A stretch of 64,000 nucleotides of DNA from assembly GCA_029953675.1 (NCBI GenBank), contig JAMWBK010000002.1, positions 558,001 to 622,000 on the forward strand, in the 5' to 3' direction. The stretch comes from Rhodosorus marinus CCMP1338 (taxonomy: Eukaryota; Plantae; Rhodophyta). The notes below the pieces were generated by a model that was not told where the DNA came from, did no database searches, and saw only the letters and a program-made list of their open reading frames with translations. Below, piece after piece: positions 60,731 through 64,000 of this stretch (position 1 is the first letter of the stretch; the number at the start of each line of letters is the position of its first letter). Both the position numbers and the translations under genes were made by a program.

Positions 60731-61161
60731 TCAGTCAATGAAGATACTTCCTCCCAATCAGTATCGGAGAGGGTTTCAGAATCCCCTCTTAACAAGAGCT
60801 GGATCGTTTCACCGAGTTAGTCTGCATCGAACGCTGGTTATGGGCGATGATTCGCTTCAATGTTGGGCAGATCTAGTTCCCGATCCATTGCCGCTCGACA
60901 GCTAATCACATCTCAGATTGACTCCTCATAGCTGATACCTTGAGCTTGGTGCGTTGGCCAGTAGTATGCTGCTGGAGCCCAATTGGTGTTAAGCTGTTTG
61001 ATGTTGGATTGTTGGAATGGCATTTGGATCTGAGATCGGGCATTGGGGATTGGGGAGAAGGAGGGGCTCACTGACTAAGATGTGATTAGCTTCCTAGTCT
61101 GAGATCTCTTGCACAAGTCTGTTTCTTCTTCGCTTTGGATCGCGATCTTTCGAGGTTGAGC

Positions 61162-61726
61162 ATGACGGCTAGGAGAAAAAGCTTTGGACTTGCCCTGTTG
61201 CTGTGCGGAGGCCTGTTGGTAAGCTGGATTTCTCAATGGAGAGGAAACCATGGCCCTTGCATACGTATCATAGTGCTGAGGTTAAGAAGCCTCCTCACGT
61301 TTTCCTGTCGCGTTGTTTTTTTTGTCAGTTGACTGTGGACGGGAAGGACCTTCCCAGTGTGTGCGTATGTGAGTGCTGTAGATGGACTGGCTTGGAGAAA
61401 ATGCAGTGCGCCGACCCCGGACTAACTGCCTTCGAAGTGGACCATTGTAGTTCGTGCAATGTGAGAGCCTGTGCTCGGCAATTCGATGTGGACTGTCCTG
61501 AACGCGGTTCGAAAGTCAAGTCCTACTGCGTTAGTAGGTCTCACGCAAAAAATGGGACACGTGCTCTTTCCTAATGGCGGACAACTCACTAACCACTGTG
61601 AAACCGTTTGCCTTTCCTGAATCTGCAGATCGAAGTAGCTGGAAACAAAAGTTCGTTCCCATCGGATTCGTAATCGTGACTCTATCGTTAGTATTTTATG
61701 GCCTGCTCACGAAGAAGCGCGGCTAA
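61162..61726 (+). CDS. Small Cys-rich type I membrane protein (signal peptide, 10-Cys ectodomain, TM, C-terminal KKXX)
   Basis: Introns 61219-61328 and 61534-61628 join in frame: MTARRKSFGLALLLCGGLL|LTVDGKDLPSVCVCECC...YCV|NRSSWKQKFVPIGFVIVTLSLVFYGLLTKKRG*. Confidence 0.75.
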
Positions 61727-62742
61727 CAATTCGCTGGGACCGCCGGAAAGGATTGAAGATACGTGCAAGGCGCTGTTTCCTTTCACACGAGTCGCGGACA
61801 AAACAGACCTCACGGCTGTTCGTTTTGAGTTGAATTCGTCTAAACTCAGGAAGCCGACAAGGGACCTGGGCGCGTGATCTTTCATTACAGCTGTGCGGTG
61901 TACTAAGAAGTACTTTACCACATCCATTGCGGAAAGCAGTCATCAGGCTCTTGCGAGGAAGTGAAGTCTCTTCTCAGCGTTTTCGGGCATTCCGCTGCTG
62001 ACAGGGTTCGGTGAGGCGCTCTCAATCATCGCCAGAACCGTTCTTCTCCACAGACTGCGGTATCCGAGTGAAAGCTACCTGTTCAACGAAGTCAGCAGAC
62101 CATCAAGCTTAGCCGTTCCAAGATTCTGAAGAGTCCACATCGAGCGAGATTCTAGTGCACTAGTAAAATTCCATTGTATACTAACATACCTTGTCGTACT
62201 AAGAAAAGACCATCTCCGATCGCTTGATCGGTTGAGAGATGGATGTGACTCTCTGAACTCTAGTGAAACAGTTCCTACATAGTTCACTGGTCTAATAGAG
62301 TGCGTGTGTCAGCATGGATGAACCATTTATCGGGATAGAAACCTCTAAACCCCGAGGGCTTTTGTCCATTCCTGGTCTTCTCGGTCGCCCCCCTTTGGCA
62401 CCCACTGGTGGAGATGACGGCCTCAAGACAGAACGTGTCAATATTTTCCGTTCTAGAAGAGAAAAAAGCTTCTCTCATAATGAGTTCTCTCGGGTAGACT
62501 TAATTTGCATTATCGTGACTCGAGTTTGAGCCTTCCATGGATCCCGACAAAGTGCAAGCATCGCAAGGCCTTGGAGGGGAGCAATTTCGCCAGGTCGAGG
62601 GAGGTCAGTCGGTGTTGCTAAGGTGTTTGAAGAGATTCATGGTTTGATGACGTGGGTTTAAGAAGTCTAAGTTTGTATAAGTGGAAGGTTTGTTTATTCT
62701 GCGGATGTGAACTTCGTAAGGGTTTGTTTTTAGTGAGGCACG

Positions 62743-63027
62743 ATGAATCAGTTGCTAGTTCAAGTTGGATCCGGGTTGTTTGGTTCGGTGGGGAGGGTGA
62801 CGACGGCGGGGGTTTTGGGTGGGGTTAGGGAGATGAAAGTTGTGTCGGCGTTGGAAAAGAGGTGTCAGAGCTGTCGGATCGTTAGGAGAGGGAGAGCTCT
62901 GTACAATCTATGTGATGACAGGAGGAGGCACAATCAAAGACAAGGCCGCCTGGGAAAGAGAAACCTTCCTCACCAAAGTGCCAGGGCGAAGGAGAGGCCA
63001 ACTTTCGGGAGGTGGAGACGGTGGTAA
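62743..63027 (+). CDS. MRPL36: Mitochondrial ribosomal protein bL36m with presequence
   Basis: MKVVSALEKRCQSCRIVRRGRALYNLCDDRRRHNQRQG, with an intact C-C-C-H Zn ribbon. Confidence 0.9.
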   Translation: MNQLLVQVGSGLFGSVGRVTTAGVLGGVREMKVVSALEKRCQSCRIVRRGRALYNLCDDRRRHNQRQGRLGKRNLPHQSARAKERPTFGRWRRW

Positions 63028-63311
63028 GTGATGTACCAAGGCACTTGAGCAGTTGTCAGCAAGATATTTTGACTTTTTTTTTCTAATTATGTGGGTGGTA
63101 AAAAGTACATGGTGTATTGTTCTATAATTTGGCACATGGGATCTGGATCGCTGTTAGTTTCTTGCTAAGATGAGCGCCCCCGTCCCTTACGGAGTGCTTT
63201 GATGCATATCGTAATATGTTCAAGCGCAAAAAAAATTGCGGATTGCTGTCCTTAACCTTCGTTCGCTATTTGAGCACGTGGTACCGCAGTTTCCCTCGCT
63301 AGATGTCACTC

Positions 63312-64000
63312 TCAATTCTTCCGAAGCTCCTCCATTTTTTGTTGGTGCTCTTCCGCAACGCGGGCAACGGTATTTCTTGGTGCGCCTCGATGTTCCAAGT
63401 ATTCCATTGCAAACTCTCCCTTGCCCTGGGTTAGAGATCTAAGCTCGGTGGAGAATCCAAACATATCTCCAAGAGGAACTTCCATATCCATGACAATGTT
63501 TTCGTCGATTGATGTTGAGTTCATTACAACCTATTGCCCAGCACAACAAGTCACATTTGCACGGTAAGCCCTTCCCATGGTTTGTTCAAAGGAAAATTTC
63601 TTTAGATTTCAAACCTCACCCCTCTCCTCTTGCTCAAAGCGCCGATCACTTGTCCCTGAAACTCTCCCGGGATTTGTACCTGCATATTCATGATTGGCTC
63701 TAGCAAAGAAGGTGCCGCCTTGAGAAAGGCTTCCTTGAATGCATGTCTCGTAGCTGCCTTGAAAGCAATTTCACTGCTGTCGACGAGATGTGACCTTCCG
63801 TCCATGAGAACCTGACAGCCATAACCCGAAAAGCGATTAGCACAAGCTTGAGAGTTCTGGTCGTCGCGCTCGATTGTGCATCATTCAGTTCTGTGTAAAC
63901 CTACAAATCGAACCCCTTCAATTGCGCATCCCGCAAGCGGGCCTTCCCTAAGACCTTCCTGGAACCCTTTCTCGATTGCGGGATAAAACTGAGAGGGAAT
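63312..64000 (-). CDS. GFM1: Elongation factor G, mitochondrial (3' part, runs off the window)
   Basis: [67 protein letters not shown]. Confidence 0.95.

Noticed and set aside
61688-62478. Minus-strand ORF chain convergent with the Cys-rich gene
   Set aside because: Stops between the segments could not be resolved by plausible introns, so it is left uncalled.

Overview
This is a gene-dense eukaryotic nuclear window with many short (about 40-130 nt) GT-AG introns. Genes are separated by low-complexity, strand-skewed leader/promoter islands. It is most likely a red alga; this is an inference from plastid-type transit peptides starting M-x-F-V/MIGFV, a fungal/E. coli-type SerA, and copia motifs like those I recall from red algae. 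Recognisable genes are an ABHD/YheT hydrolase (partial), PBDC1, a PAXBP1/GCFC2-like factor, a C2-C2 copine-like protein, a BBE-like FAD oxidase, phosphoglycerate dehydrogenase, NDUFAF6, eIF5, importin beta-1, an ARID-PHD protein, ALG3, a DEDDh exonuclease, GcvH, plastid FabD, a ChaN-like protein, bL36m and mitochondrial EF-G (partial). There are also several orphans and at least two decayed Ty1/copia fragments. No rRNA, tRNA or CRISPR was found. The best leads are: (1) a triplicated 117-nt exon plus intron unit at 18.6-19.1 kb, giving either a small repeat protein with a possible poison exon or a C/D-box RNA array on the other strand; (2) a probably organellar DEDDh exonuclease carrying three bacterial-type YH-C...CxxC Zn fingers; (3) a poor-context overlapping uORF on eIF5 that is visible only after splicing; (4) a perfect 26-bp hairpin built from a copia RT motif. 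All gene models were spliced by eye, so boundaries are approximate.
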